Below, one piece after another: positions 1-11,277 of a stretch of DNA of 64,000 nt (positions are counted from its first letter, which is position 1; every line of letters starts with the position of its first letter). The position numbers and the translations under genes are program-made. The stretch is from Tetramitus jugosus (lineage: Eukaryota; Protista; Heterolobosea), in NCBI GenBank assembly GCA_937625935.1, contig OW569361.1, forward strand, positions 461,390 through 525,389, read 5' to 3'. Under the pieces are notes generated by a model. The model searched no databases, was not told the DNA's origin, and saw only the letters and a list, made by a program, of their open reading frames with translations.

Positions 1-439
1 CTCGATTGGCAAGATTGCCTATCTGTCAATAGCTTGTCACACTGAAGCTCAATTTCGAACGAAATCTCAAGTATTCTGGTCCACGATTCACGCTCTGAAA
101 AACATTGAAACTCACAATCTAATGAGAGTTGATGGCCTTGTAGGTCTAGAAATCCTCAAGCAAGTGGAACACAGCCAGAAAAACTCTTCACCACAACAAC
201 AAGAGTATTCCATTGCCTTCTCCCGTTTCATTCAGAATTACTTTGTTCTTCCTCGACTTTCTGGCATTGAAATGGACCATCATTGTTCAGAAATATCTAC
301 AAAGGAGCAATTAGAGACCCAGTTGAAGGAGATGAACTTCCCTTGTGATGCATATGGTTTGCTAAGCGCATTTGTGAATGCCAATGAGTTTATTCGATTG
401 TGTTTGCTTTCAAGTACCATATTGCATCACGATAAATAA
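1..439 (+). CDS. 3' end of a hypothetical protein (truncated by window start)
   Basis: Frame of ORF 122..439 is open back to base 2; ends at TAA 437-439. Confidence 0.6.
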   Translation, partial: SIGKIAYLSIACHTEAQFRTKSQVFWSTIHALKNIETHNLMRVDGLVGLEILKQVEHSQKNSSPQQQEYSIAFSRFIQNYFVLPRLSGIEMDHHCSEISTKEQLETQLKEMNFPCDAYGLLSAFVNANEFIRLCLLSSTILHHDK

Positions 440-530
440 CAATGCCAGCATGGTTGAGTCATTGTATTCCGTGCTTCAACCACAATACTATTTCCACGAT
501 CGACTTCTCCGATTCCGGATCAAAAAACGA

Positions 531-1589
531 ATGATCTCTTTTGTCTCTACCAGATCCAAACAACACATTTTTCGCTTTCTCTGTTCGGCCAACAATAAAA
601 ACATATCGACCAAAATGCAACAATCACAACAAGGTACACTGAGTCAATACTATCATACATTTGATCAGGTAACGGATCAAAATTTCGCGCCATTTTCGGC
701 CAAAAAGTTTCAAGCGGAGTGTCTACGAACGGAGCATGTCGGGCGCCATTTTTATCATGTGAACGAAACGAGCAGCACCATGGATTTAATGGATGCACTC
801 TGTCAGCCATCACTTCCCGCCGCACAATCCAATAGTCCGCTCTCCACTACAGGAGCACCCACAGGATTTTTAGTGTTGGCTGATGTACAAACTGCTGGCA
901 AAGGTCGAAAGGGCAGAGTTTGGCAGAGCTCTGCTTCTCAAAATCTTTACTTTTCACTGCTGTTTCGCTTGCAGAGCAGTCAGTTTGAGCAATTGATTAA
1001 ATTGAACCTTGGTCTCTCGTTAGCTACGGTTAAAGCTTGTCATGAGCTTGGTGCAACTGGTGCAAGGATCAAGTGGCCTAATGATATTTGGGTGCCTCTA
1101 TCCAATGAAGCACAACCATCGGCATCACAACCCTATGGCCACTATAGAAAGCTAAGTGGTATGTTGATTAATTCAAGTCAGATGGGTGATGAGATGAGGG
1201 CCAATTGTGGTATTGGTATCAATGTGAATCAACCGATTCAGTCATTGAAAGAACAAGGCAAGGATGTGGACGAGCTCAAGAATACTGGTATTTCACTGAG
1301 TGATATTGTGGGAAAGACCTTATCGCGTGAATTGGTGCTTGCAACCATCTGTAATCAATTGGAAGATGTTTTGAGTCTAAGTCTCGATAATTTATTGGCA
1401 CAATACACAAAGTATGATTTGTTGACTGGAAAGCAGGTGTATGTCCATGAGAGCAGAACTGGTGGAGCTGTCGAGACTCGTGAAGGTCTCGCAGTCGGCT
1501 ACAGCAAATTTGGTAATCTGAGAGTCCAATTCTCGGATGGTTCAGGAACCAAGGAACTACTGTCAGAAGAAGTCAGTATTCGATTGTAA
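531..1589 (+). CDS. Biotin-protein ligase (BirA/BPL family)
   Basis: Motifs SSTMD, ADVQTAGKGRKGRVW, IKWPNDI, RKLSGML and GIGINV, plus a C-terminal SH3-like domain. Candidate ATGs at 531 and 615. Confidence 0.93.
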   Translation: MISFVSTRSKQHIFRFLCSANNKNISTKMQQSQQGTLSQYYHTFDQVTDQNFAPFSAKKFQAECLRTEHVGRHFYHVNETSSTMDLMDALCQPSLPAAQSNSPLSTTGAPTGFLVLADVQTAGKGRKGRVWQSSASQNLYFSLLFRLQSSQFEQLIKLNLGLSLATVKACHELGATGARIKWPNDIWVPLSNEAQPSASQPYGHYRKLSGMLINSSQMGDEMRANCGIGINVNQPIQSLKEQGKDVDELKNTGISLSDIVGKTLSRELVLATICNQLEDVLSLSLDNLLAQYTKYDLLTGKQVYVHESRTGGAVETREGLAVGYSKFGNLRVQFSDGSGTKELLSEEVSIRL

Positions 1590-1850
1590 GCATTAAAAAA
1601 AAGTGAACCAATGAAAGTGATCCTGAAGCTTCGAATCGCTTGGTTGTAGACCATTCACCGCGTCTGTGATGTCTGACGGTCGCTTTTTTGCGCAGCAGCG
1701 GGAACTTCCAATTCCTGTGTGATCTCAACGTGACCCCCCAAAAACATCAATCATCCAGCCACTCTCTTTTTGGCCAAAAGCTTTTTGTTGTGACGTGCAA
1801 ACAGGAATTTGTCATAATTATCCTTCCACACACACAACATAAGAACAAGA

Positions 1851-3533
1851 ATGAGGAGACAACAAATTTCTGTATTTTCAAGATTGCTCATCTTAGCCTT
1901 CCTTGTGCTATCTTTTGCCAGCGTGCTCGTCCACGCTTCCAAGTCAAGATCCCACTCCAAAGCGAGAGCTCATGCAAGATCCAGAGCTCGTGCAGCTACT
2001 GCTACTACTACCAACAACGCTCAGAATTTCATGATCTGGAACAATGAGAATGGAACTCCCATGATTATCCTTCCACAGGGTATTACAAAGCCAATTGAAA
2101 CCATTTGGGCGTGCTATGGTGCATGGGATGATATGAACGGTGTCTCTGCTGCTATTAGAGCCATGATCCAGAGAGGTGTCGTCCCATACATTCAATCCTA
2201 TTGTTTCGGAGACAATGGATTGAGAGGTAACTTTGAAAAGGCGGTTCAATTTGATACTGCGATTGCACGGGCCATTGGTTCCTCTATTGCCTTTGTCAAT
2301 ATTGATACAGAGTGGGATGATGGAGCTGTGTTGGATATCTTGAGCAGTCCTGCTGGTATTCAGAGCTTCAAGAACAGAATTCAAGTCTATCGTCAATTTG
2401 CTCCAATGACCAAATTGTTGTCCAGTCCAGGTCTATGGAAGACAGATGCTCAATATGCTTGGTTCGCTCAGATTGATGCCTTGTTGGATATGAGAAGTAA
2501 CATTTTCTTTGCGACGAGCAATGAACGTAGTTGCTTGTTGAAGCCAGACGGTGTTTCGATTGGTGTGACTGGAAAGTCATTGAACGAAGCGCTTGCCATG
2601 GGAGATAAGATCAATGCTGATCGATTGAGATTCAATCGTCTGTGGGGCTCTTCTGCAACCAAGTACATCATCACTGGTGATGCTGCAGTGACTAGCTGTG
2701 GATGGGGTGAAACCAATCAAGCTGCTATTATTAACAAGTTGGTCGATCGTATGGATTGCTTGTATAGCGATGGATGGAGAGGTGCCAACATCAGAAACGC
2801 TGGTCCTGATAATTTGTGGGAGCGCGCCATGGGTGTTCAAAACGAAGGTCAATTTGTTTATTCCAATGGAGTGAATGCAAGAAATGCCATGAAGCGTGGA
2901 TTGGACAGAGCTATCCATATTATGAAGAATGGTGCAACTTGTGTGCCACCACCTCCAACACCTTTCACTGTTTCTCACATGAAGAGTTCCAGTCAAAATT
3001 GGGCTCAATTGACTGCTGATCCATCATTTGATGTTGCTGGTATTGTGTTGAACTACAATGGTCAAAGCACAAGATTGAGCAAGGCATCTTGGGGAGAAGA
3101 ATGGGTTGGAGCCGCTAACATTGCAAGTGGAACAAGCGTTCAAGTCGTGATTGAAAAAACTTCTGGCGGATCCACCACTGTTCAAATCGCCTGGTTGCAA
3201 TCTGACTCTGCACCAACTCCTTCTCCAACTCCTACACCTGCACCTGCACCTGCACCTACTCCAGCACCAGCACCTGGTCCAGCCCCAGCTGGTTCTTTGA
3301 CTGTAACTAACACTGGTAGCAATGAATGGTGGGCACAAGTTCAATTGAGTCCAAAAACAGGCATCACCAGTGTAACCATTTCTTACTTGGGTGTTATCCA
3401 ACCACTCAAGTTGGAGAGTTATGGTGACTGGACCTCTGGTTTGAGCTCCAGAATCCCATCTGGAACCAGAGTCACTGTCACCTATGTGAAGTCAGGATCT
3501 TCATTTAGCCAGGCCATTATTTGGGCTGTATAA
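1851..3533 (+). CDS. Secreted protein: putative glycoside-hydrolase-like domain, Pro-rich linkers and two expansin/CBM63-like domains
   Basis: Signal peptide, PPPPTP and (PA/PT)n linkers, and a duplicated ~80 aa module (SSQNWAQL...SWGEEW; GSNEWWAQV...SYGDW). Confidence 0.6.
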   Translation: MRRQQISVFSRLLILAFLVLSFASVLVHASKSRSHSKARAHARSRARAATATTTNNAQNFMIWNNENGTPMIILPQGITKPIETIWACYGAWDDMNGVSAAIRAMIQRGVVPYIQSYCFGDNGLRGNFEKAVQFDTAIARAIGSSIAFVNIDTEWDDGAVLDILSSPAGIQSFKNRIQVYRQFAPMTKLLSSPGLWKTDAQYAWFAQIDALLDMRSNIFFATSNERSCLLKPDGVSIGVTGKSLNEALAMGDKINADRLRFNRLWGSSATKYIITGDAAVTSCGWGETNQAAIINKLVDRMDCLYSDGWRGANIRNAGPDNLWERAMGVQNEGQFVYSNGVNARNAMKRGLDRAIHIMKNGATCVPPPPTPFTVSHMKSSSQNWAQLTADPSFDVAGIVLNYNGQSTRLSKASWGEEWVGAANIASGTSVQVVIEKTSGGSTTVQIAWLQSDSAPTPSPTPTPAPAPAPTPAPAPGPAPAGSLTVTNTGSNEWWAQVQLSPKTGITSVTISYLGVIQPLKLESYGDWTSGLSSRIPSGTRVTVTYVKSGSSFSQAIIWAV

Positions 3534-3565
3534 ACGCTGAACATGATTCACTGAGCACCTCAACT

Positions 3566-4804
3566 TTATGATTGTTTTGATTTATTCGGTGTTTTTATCA
3601 CTACACCTTTCATGGGTTTCAACCGATCAATCATTGGTTGGGCTGGTGTTACACTCGTTATGTGTTCCATCATATCCTTTAACTTTAACATCTGCTTCTC
3701 TTCCTGCTTCACTAGTTTCCTCTTATCTTTGCTTGGTAAGATGATGGACCCCTTGGATGTGCTCCTTGTCATCTTCTTATGTAATTGTTCGTCCTCTCCT
3801 GGAGAATCGTCTCCACTACCTGTCGTTCCATTTACTGCATACTTCATTTTGACATGGATTGCTGGTAGTCGATTCGGGTCAACCTTCTTGATTAGTAGAA
3901 TATCTCCATTCTTTGTGTAAGTGTAATCTTTTCCTCTCACCTGAGAGAGAGCTTTCTCCATCTTCCTTTTCTCCTCCTCGTCTTCTCTTCTCTTTAATGT
4001 CTCCCATTGTTTCTCGAGTAAGAGTTTGGCCTGATTTGTATCTGACACCTTCTTTCCGTTCGTTAACCCAGATGATGTCGAGGATACATCTGTACTTGCT
4101 TTTGAAACTCGACCTGATGGTATCGTTTTCGAAAGTGTATTTCCATTGGAATGTTTCGGTTTTAAGGAAGATCTCAAAGAGCTTGAAGAATGACTATTAA
4201 TTGAAAGTTTGTTGCTCGCTGTTCTCGATGGTGTAACCGCTACCCCCGACGTATTTCCTAGTGTTCCTGAGTGATTCTTCGTCTTATCATTTACTTTGAT
4301 GGGAGACGATGTTGACGAGAGCACATTCATTGTGGACGGTCGTTTTTCTCTTCGTCCATGTTCCATCTTTCCAAGTAGAGATGATTGTTTCTCTAGCCTC
4401 TTCTTCACAATTATTGGTACACTACTTCTGGCCCATGAATCCGTTGGTATTCTCTCTGGTTCCTCTTCTATTGACCAACAAGGATCATCTCTCGTCTCTC
4501 CAGTGTCTCGATTTACGAACAACATGTCCAGCATGTGATTCATTTGAGCCATGACTGCATTCACCGCATAGGGAACACTCTTTTCATCATAGAAATTGTC
4601 TTCAATGCACTGTAACGTGTGCCGTAACAGGTCTTGAGTCAAGAAATAGCAATACTGCTCTCCAGATTCGATCACATGAGTCAGATCTTTCAATTCCTTC
4701 TCGAGTCGCTTCTCCTCTAGCGCAGCCACATCAACCACAATTGAAGATGAGGATTCTGTGACAATCTTCACAGGAGGATGAGATGATAGCGTTTGTGAGC
4801 TCAT
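3566..4804 (-). CDS. C2orf81/DUF4639-like protein
   Basis: VPYAV...LFVNRD...WSIEEEPERIPTDSWARSSVP resembles the WxxDEEP...DSWAxGxVP motif of that family. Confidence 0.55.
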   Translation of the reverse strand: MSSQTLSSHPPVKIVTESSSSIVVDVAALEEKRLEKELKDLTHVIESGEQYCYFLTQDLLRHTLQCIEDNFYDEKSVPYAVNAVMAQMNHMLDMLFVNRDTGETRDDPCWSIEEEPERIPTDSWARSSVPIIVKKRLEKQSSLLGKMEHGRREKRPSTMNVLSSTSSPIKVNDKTKNHSGTLGNTSGVAVTPSRTASNKLSINSHSSSSLRSSLKPKHSNGNTLSKTIPSGRVSKASTDVSSTSSGLTNGKKVSDTNQAKLLLEKQWETLKRREDEEEKRKMEKALSQVRGKDYTYTKNGDILLIKKVDPNRLPAIHVKMKYAVNGTTGSGDDSPGEDEQLHKKMTRSTSKGSIILPSKDKRKLVKQEEKQMLKLKDMMEHITSVTPAQPMIDRLKPMKGVVIKTPNKSKQS

Positions 4805-4981
4805 GACATTTAAATTTTCGTTACACCAGAATGCACTCTACACCTGTAAACAATTGACCGACAGAAAATGGCGCGCAAAAATTCGGAAAATCGTCAGGCA
4901 ACAACCAACAAAATGACCCACAATAAAGACAACAATAAAAGCTTTTGCAACACAATGAAAAGAACGAATGGGAACAAAATT

Positions 4982-5539
4982 TTACAACAATTTTCCAGAG
5001 CCTTCTTCTCTCAGATACTCACCCACATCTGCTTGATGGAAACAAACAACATCAGTTGGATGCAATTGTCTGCATTCTTCTGTGCTTCTTGCCACAACAC
5101 CAAATCCAAGTGGTGTGTCATTCATACTCATGACAACAACTCCTTGATATTGTGGTGTGTCTTCTGTCATTCTTCCTAGACCAGTCTTGACAACGTGAGA
5201 ACCATACAAGAAGCTTAGCTCAGCGTTTGGTTTGACCCAGATTTTGTATGGAGCAAATTGCGCCAAATAATCCAAACAAGTGACCTGTAGTTGGAATTTT
5301 CCCGTCTTTGTAAAACTTCCGAAACAAATTCCAGCGGACAATAAACGATCAAATGATATGTTGGAGGCTAGTTTGAGCATGCTTGTAGAGAGATAGTAGA
5401 CTTTGTTCTTGTGCAACCGAAACACATATTCTTCTCCTTCTTTCGTCTTCGATTGGAGCATGAGCTTAATGTTTCTACCCACGTATTTTGCTAATTTTTC
5501 AAAAAAAATTCGTGTTTCTTCTTCGGATAGTGGTCTCAT
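4982..5539 (-). CDS. NIP7: 60S ribosome biogenesis protein NIP7
   Basis: [21 protein letters not shown]...[13 protein letters not shown]; PUA domain. Confidence 0.97.
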   Translation of the reverse strand: MRPLSEEETRIFFEKLAKYVGRNIKLMLQSKTKEGEEYVFRLHKNKVYYLSTSMLKLASNISFDRLLSAGICFGSFTKTGKFQLQVTCLDYLAQFAPYKIWVKPNAELSFLYGSHVVKTGLGRMTEDTPQYQGVVVMSMNDTPLGFGVVARSTEECRQLHPTDVVCFHQADVGEYLREEGSGKLL

Positions 5540-5745
5540 TTTTTATAATGTGTGTGTGCGTGTGCGTGGAGTTGTTTTGTTGTGGTGTGGAGTGCTGATT
5601 GTCGATTTTGTTGCTAATTTTTTTTTTGTGGGCGTCTGTGGAAAAATTATTGTTTGTTGCAAGTAGTTTGTGCACCATGTGAAATTTGCTTGAACATTCA
5701 ACGAAAGAAAGAAAAATAATTTATTCCGCCTTGATCGGAGCGTAC

Positions 5746-6940
5746 TTACTGAGATCCGATAAAGGGCAATCGATTGAACAAGGAGAGGAATCGAGTGGCA
5801 AGTTTGGAGACTAGCGATTCCTTGGGCCGTATAGATACAATGTATGGTTCATACTGGACATGATTACTCAACCGATTGGTTCGCTTGACCAGCAGAATGC
5901 GCTCTTGTTTCTTTGTCACAAATGATCCTCCAAAAAACTTTCTCGTTTCAAAGAAGTAGTACTTTTGACCAGAGTAATCTTTTCCATTCGCATCAAAATA
6001 ATCACTCTGTGGTGCAATAATGGGTCTCACTGATTGCATCTTTTTTCCAAAGTATCCATGCTTCACATAGGCATTCAAACTCACAACATTATGAGCATTG
6101 AACAATGTTGTCGGCGTGGATGAAAACACCATGGGTATCAGATCAATGGTTTCCTCTTCTTCTTCTTGTTGTGCATTACTGTATGGTATTGGCAATGCAA
6201 ATGTGGTTGCATCAGATTCAATCACGTGTCGATGAACGCGTGTCGTTGGTTGTGGTGGTGTAGACTTGATCCTAATGTCACCACCAGAGTAAGCTTGTGC
6301 CAGAATGGCTGCATTGGAAATGTTTTGTGAAAATGTCATGACAGATATGAAATAAACAGCTGGTTTGAATGGTGGATTCGATGTCGCTGTAATCAATTCA
6401 CCAGGGTAGGATGTGTTCTCTTTCTTGGACCAAGTGGATTGAAATTGCTCCATTTGAACAGGCGTAGTTCTATCATCATTATTATTTTGTCCATTCATCA
6501 TGTAAAATTCAAATTCGCGCCATGATTATACACACACACACACACACACACATATATCCAATGAATTATTCAATCAATTGATTATGTGAGTCACAAAATG
6601 ATAAAAATGAAGCAGAAAAAACAAAAAAAGCTAAAGCTAAAACATACGTAATGTTGATTTGAGTGGTCGTGACGCATCCTGTGGATGAATCTTGATTGCA
6701 CAGCAATGAAACACTGAGTGCATTGTAGTTGACACCAGACACATTGACAAAAAAGTATTGTGGCTTCAGAGGATCAAGTGTCGATTTGAGCGTAAACGGT
6801 GTTTCGAGAGCTAATGGTATAAATTGAATTTTTTGAGCCGTACTTGATTTTGGCGCGAGTTTTGAGCTAGAAAGCGGAGCGGAGAATATAAGGAGAAGCG
6901 AAAGGAGGAGGAGAAGGAAAAAGGGTGAACGTCGACTCAT
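5746..6940 (-). CDS. Secreted/membrane hypothetical protein, 2 exons (6940-6648, 6469-5746)
   Basis: Signal peptide. GTATGT donor at 6647 and AG acceptor at 6470 join in frame (...QINIT-TTPVQME...). Confidence 0.7.
6529..6552. repeat. (AC)n microsatellite in intron
   Basis: acacacacacacacacacacaca. Confidence 0.9.
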
Positions 6941-7460
6941 GATCACTGTAGTGTGGTGGTGATGAGAACCTTTGGTGTGAATTTTGTTGATGTTCTTGTT
7001 GATGTTGTTGTTATCGATGGATATTGTTTTCTCTCTTTTTTTTTATGGTGCCATAAAACACGTTCTGTTTCGTTCATGGAAAGCTTCTTGGGCAGAAAAT
7101 CGCATCAAGATTTTCCGATAAGAGCTTTCGACGACCTATTTTTTTTGAACTTGGGGTTTCGAATGTGGGGTTGGTGGATCCACATCCGATAACTTCTCAC
7201 TGGTTTTAGCTCTAACTTACGGATAAAGAACGTTTTGTTCCGGTTTGATTAATGTGGGGGCATAAAAGAGCGAAAATAAATCATTATTGGCACTGGTACT
7301 TGGCGAGTCGAAAATATCAAAGACCTTTCCGGTCTTGCATACCCGTGTGTAGGGTGGATGATCTGTGATAACAATACTCTGCACAACAACAATCCACAAC
7401 AAAAGTACAGCGAACCGATTTTACTATACACTCATTGTTCAAATAGTATTTCTTCAGAAG

Positions 7461-8796
7461 ATGGCACCGAATAGCATGAATGAGCTGAAACAATCGATTG
7501 TCAACACTCCGCTGAGACAATTGTATTATGAATTGATGAATTATAGTGACTCAAAGAGGGAAGGTGAGAATCGATTCTCGAAGGAAGCCGAGAGAGCAAC
7601 TTCTCAGTTTCTAAAGCAGATGTTGACTATTTGTGACTCGAAATTAGAACAGATAATGTTTGAGTACTCTCCGAGAGCGCTCGATCGGTTCATTATGAGA
7701 AACTATGAAGGAACAATGGACTCCTATCAGAAGAACAAGAAAAATCCTTCTTACAACAAACACAATGCAAGACATTACCTTTTGCAACAAGCACCTGGAA
7801 AGTTAATCGATGGTTTATGGTTACAAAACACTGGTCAGTTGATTCGTGAGCAGTCAATATCGGAGGAAGAGAAACAAATGTGGACAATTTTGAATGAAAT
7901 TTTTGAGGAAGAGATGGGTGAAGGAGATGAGAAAAAGAATCACATTAATATTTATAGAAACTTATTGAATCAAGCTGGCATGAACTTACCTGAAACAAAA
8001 TCCAGGGAATTTGCTTTTCATGATTCATTCCAAACTGAATCGTTCTTATCACCTGTCGTACAGTTAGCACTATCACTGTTTCAGGAAGAGTATACTCCAG
8101 AGTTGATTCACTCTGAACTTTGAAGAAGCAGCGCTGTCAGTTTTGCAAATGGTTGATGCTGTCAAGGAAATTGGGTTGGACAATTATTACTACGTATTGC
8201 ATGTTACAATTGATAATCCTTGTACAGGTCATTCTGCTCAAGCGAAAGAAGCGGTCAACCTTTACATGAAACTTTTCAAGGATGGAAATCGAGGCTTGAT
8301 ATGGAGGAGGATATTGCGAGGTTACTTGTTGGCAACAATGATGGACTTTGAAAGTTTAAGCGAACAGATTCAACGAAAATCCGACCATATGGTAAGAGAA
8401 TTGATGATTGATTTGATTGAGAGGTATAAACCTTATGCTGCATGTCCAGTTCATTCCAGAGTTAGAATGAACGGAACCTCATTAGAGAGTCAGATGAAAA
8501 CCCGAACGGCTGAAGAGTTTCTTCTGGAGCTGCAAGAGTCTGCATGGATTGTTCACGGAGATCCTGACAAGAGCTTACTCTGTAAATCCATGTCGTTTGG
8601 ACATAAAATGTACAAGGTATTCTCTGAAGAAGATGAGACGATCGTTCGAAACTGGATATCGAGTCTAAAGGGAAGAAGAACATATCATGATTTTTCATCT
8701 GTGGAATTGAGATCTAACTATCTGAAGTCTGCGTACACACTGATTGCGTTGGTCAGTTTATTGTTCACATTGATACCTATATGTTTGATGAAGTAG
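7461..8796 (+). pseudogene. Heme-oxygenase-like diiron oxidase (iron-containing redox enzyme family), frameshifted at ~8105
   Basis: Motifs APGKLIDGLWL, EEMGEG...NHINIY and YYYVLHVTIDNPCTGHS. PEL(I) and FTLNFEE lie in different frames. Confidence 0.75.
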
Positions 8797-8997
8797 GATG
8801 GATTTCTGAAAAATCGACCATAGTTTGACTCTGTACAAGTCAAGTTTAAGCTTCTCCGCTACTAATCTTGTATGGCATCGCCCTATAAAATTGTCCCCAA
8901 AAATATTGAGCCCAAAGTAATTTCTTCATTATTCATTACGTGTATCCAAATCATATATCTGGACCAAACTTGAAGGAACGCCACAAAAAATAGAAGA

Positions 8998-9894
8998 ATG
9001 ATAATTAACATGAACCCTGACTTGAACATAGATTTGATTAGAGTAGTTCTAAGCGGGAAAGAAGTACCGAACATTGAGAAAAAGATTAACCAAGACAATG
9101 AAAATCTTGCTACCTGGCGTTCCTATCACTATGGTTTTACAAACCTAAAACGTTCTTCCTTATCAACTGCCGAATTTGAAAAAGTTGGTGAAAGAACTAC
9201 AGAGCAGGCGACCATCTATTTGATTCCTCACAAAATGAACCTAGGTGGTATCTGGCTCAAGAAGACTCAAAATGAAAAAACAACTCAAGTTTCCTATGCC
9301 TTAACATTTGTTTTTGTTGTGAGCAAGGACCATATTGTTATTGGCCAATATTCAAGAAAGAATCCAGGTGAATTAACTCAATATCTAAACAAAATTGGCT
9401 TCGATGATCTCTGTAGTATTGAGGAATTGGAACAACATAGCTACACAACACAAAAGCAAATTTTTAAAAGGAAGGATGGAGTGGAATGCCAGATTTGTGT
9501 TTCAGAGATGGACAAGTATATCTATTATCAACATGCAACCTTGAAGTTTAACTCAACCTGCTTTGATCAACCCTTATCCAGTGTGATGGCTGAGGATCTA
9601 AGACAACAATTTAACTTTCAAAAAGGGAGAAGCAGTGTTCTTGAATGCCTTCGTCTCGATTTTCCAGAAGAGTATAAACTGATCAAGCAAGTGGATTACG
9701 AGGGAGATGTTCTGGATTGTTACTCAGGATTCAATTACTTTGAAGACCATGATGAAGAGGAAGAGGAAGAGGAAGAAGAGATAGAACATGAATTTCCTCC
9801 AAGTAAGATTCCTTGGTCTCTGGAGGTAACCATTAATGAACTAATCAAGAAGATGAACATCCATATGAACAGCAAGAAGAGTGAGAATCAATAA
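8998..9894 (+). CDS. Hypothetical protein, possibly a degenerate CYTH/thiamine-triphosphatase-like fold
   Basis: 298 aa ORF with GIWLKK and RSSVLECLRLDFPEEYKLI, and an acidic tail. Confidence 0.45.
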   Translation: MIINMNPDLNIDLIRVVLSGKEVPNIEKKINQDNENLATWRSYHYGFTNLKRSSLSTAEFEKVGERTTEQATIYLIPHKMNLGGIWLKKTQNEKTTQVSYALTFVFVVSKDHIVIGQYSRKNPGELTQYLNKIGFDDLCSIEELEQHSYTTQKQIFKRKDGVECQICVSEMDKYIYYQHATLKFNSTCFDQPLSSVMAEDLRQQFNFQKGRSSVLECLRLDFPEEYKLIKQVDYEGDVLDCYSGFNYFEDHDEEEEEEEEEIEHEFPPSKIPWSLEVTINELIKKMNIHMNSKKSENQ

Positions 9895-9926
9895 TATTAA
9901 TAAATGTTGTTCTTGTCCTAAGACAA

Positions 9927-10066
9927 TATTAAGAATTTTCTTTGTCTCTTGCTTGGATGAGTGAATAGAGGAGAGGACGATGAGGCGATTTGATTTGATT
10001 TCAACTTATTAGGAATGAATTCAGCTCGGTCATCGATTGATAAACATCAACATAATGTTGAATTCC
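9927..10066. repeat. Internally deleted duplicate of the RWP-RK locus
   Basis: 9927-9966 matches 10668-10713. 9987-10066 matches 11501-11578, with its last ~41 bp inverted. Confidence 0.8.
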
Positions 10067-10572
10067 TCATTGTTGCCATCATTTTCTATTATCACTTTAG
10101 AATCTTCCATTGCTCTCCTTTTCATGATGATGAATGGTGTGAGAATGGGGTTGGTGTTGATAGGAGAGATGGTATTCTTGTTGTTCAACTCTAATTGTTT
10201 TAATAATCCTTGTTCACTCGGTTTCTTGCTAAACAACCAAAATCTCGTAACTATCTTGGTTGTTATTAAAAACAACCAAAAAATTGCTCTGCCTATGTTG
10301 AGAAAAGACAGCTAGGAGTATACGCTGGGGATGCTCGGAATCGAAACACAAGCGATCAAGCAAGTAGCGAAGGGTTTGAAGAAGAGTGGTGTAAATGAGG
10401 AGCTCAACACTAAACGGAGGTGTTTAGAGGTGATACATCATCTCTTCACAAACGCCAAAGAACTTGATGGTTGTTGCGAACATTAACGACCCCGTAGTGA
10501 GCAATTAAGTACCGCAAGTACAATCAACAAAAAACTAAATGCGCAACGTTGGTTGTATTAGAGTTATTGCTT

Positions 10573-11277
10573 CTAACACATTTTTTGATGTTTTCTGTTG
10601 GTTTCTCCCTCCATAGATCCATCACTGGTAGATGTACCACCATCTAGTTGCAAGAATCTTCTCTCTCTATTGAGAATTTTCTTTGTTCCTTGCTTGGACG
10701 AAGATGAGTGAATGGAGCACTGGTTTGGAGATTGCGTTGATGTTCCACCCCTTGGCACATACCTGAAGAATTTAATATTACGAGGTCCTTTTCCATTGAT
10801 CGAGGAATTTCTTTGTGAATCATATTGGATAGCTAACAGCTGTTGTTCTTGGATACTCATGGAAAAGAGACGAGTCAGAGTTTGTACAGTATTAGGGCAG
10901 AGTTCCTTCTCACTCCTTGACTCCTCTTCATTGACCAAATGCCAAACACTTCTTCTCCTTTTATCTTGTGTCAGTTGGTACGGCCATCGACCGATATCCA
11001 ATTGATAAAATCTCCTTTTCAGTGTTGACAAGGAAACACCCAACTTCTGGGCTGCCAGTCGCTGAGGGAAATAGAAGTACTGTTCCATCTCATCTCTCTG
11101 GATTTGAATTTTGTTTCGAAATGAGGTTGGTTTGAATGGGTTCATGACCCTACAGCAAGTGCCTGTTGCATTGTTTCTTTCAGTTTGAGAGGAAGAGAAT
11201 TCTTCAGTGGAATTCATCCTAGACTTGGTTACTCGTTGTTGATGAGCTTCTGTTGCCATATGAAGAGATGAGACCAT
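10573..11277 (-). CDS. RWP-RK domain transcription factor
   Basis: EMEQYFYFPQRLAAQKLGVSLSTLKRRFYQLDIGRWPYQ. Start uncertain (11277 or 11409). Confidence 0.88.
   Translation of the reverse strand: MVSSLHMATEAHQQRVTKSRMNSTEEFSSSQTERNNATGTCCRVMNPFKPTSFRNKIQIQRDEMEQYFYFPQRLAAQKLGVSLSTLKRRFYQLDIGRWPYQLTQDKRRRSVWHLVNEEESRSEKELCPNTVQTLTRLFSMSIQEQQLLAIQYDSQRNSSINGKGPRNIKFFRYVPRGGTSTQSPNQCSIHSSSSKQGTKKILNRERRFLQLDGGTSTSDGSMEGETNRKHQKMC

Noticed and set aside
7217-7402. Small ORF ending PEQNVLYP, faintly like an ADP-ribosyltransferase ExE motif
   Set aside because: Too short, non-ATG start, catalytic Glu absent.
10326-10348. Minus-strand GTTTCGATTCCGAGCATCCCCA resembling a tRNA T-arm and 3' acceptor
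   Set aside because: No matching 5' acceptor strand, D arm or anticodon arm upstream.
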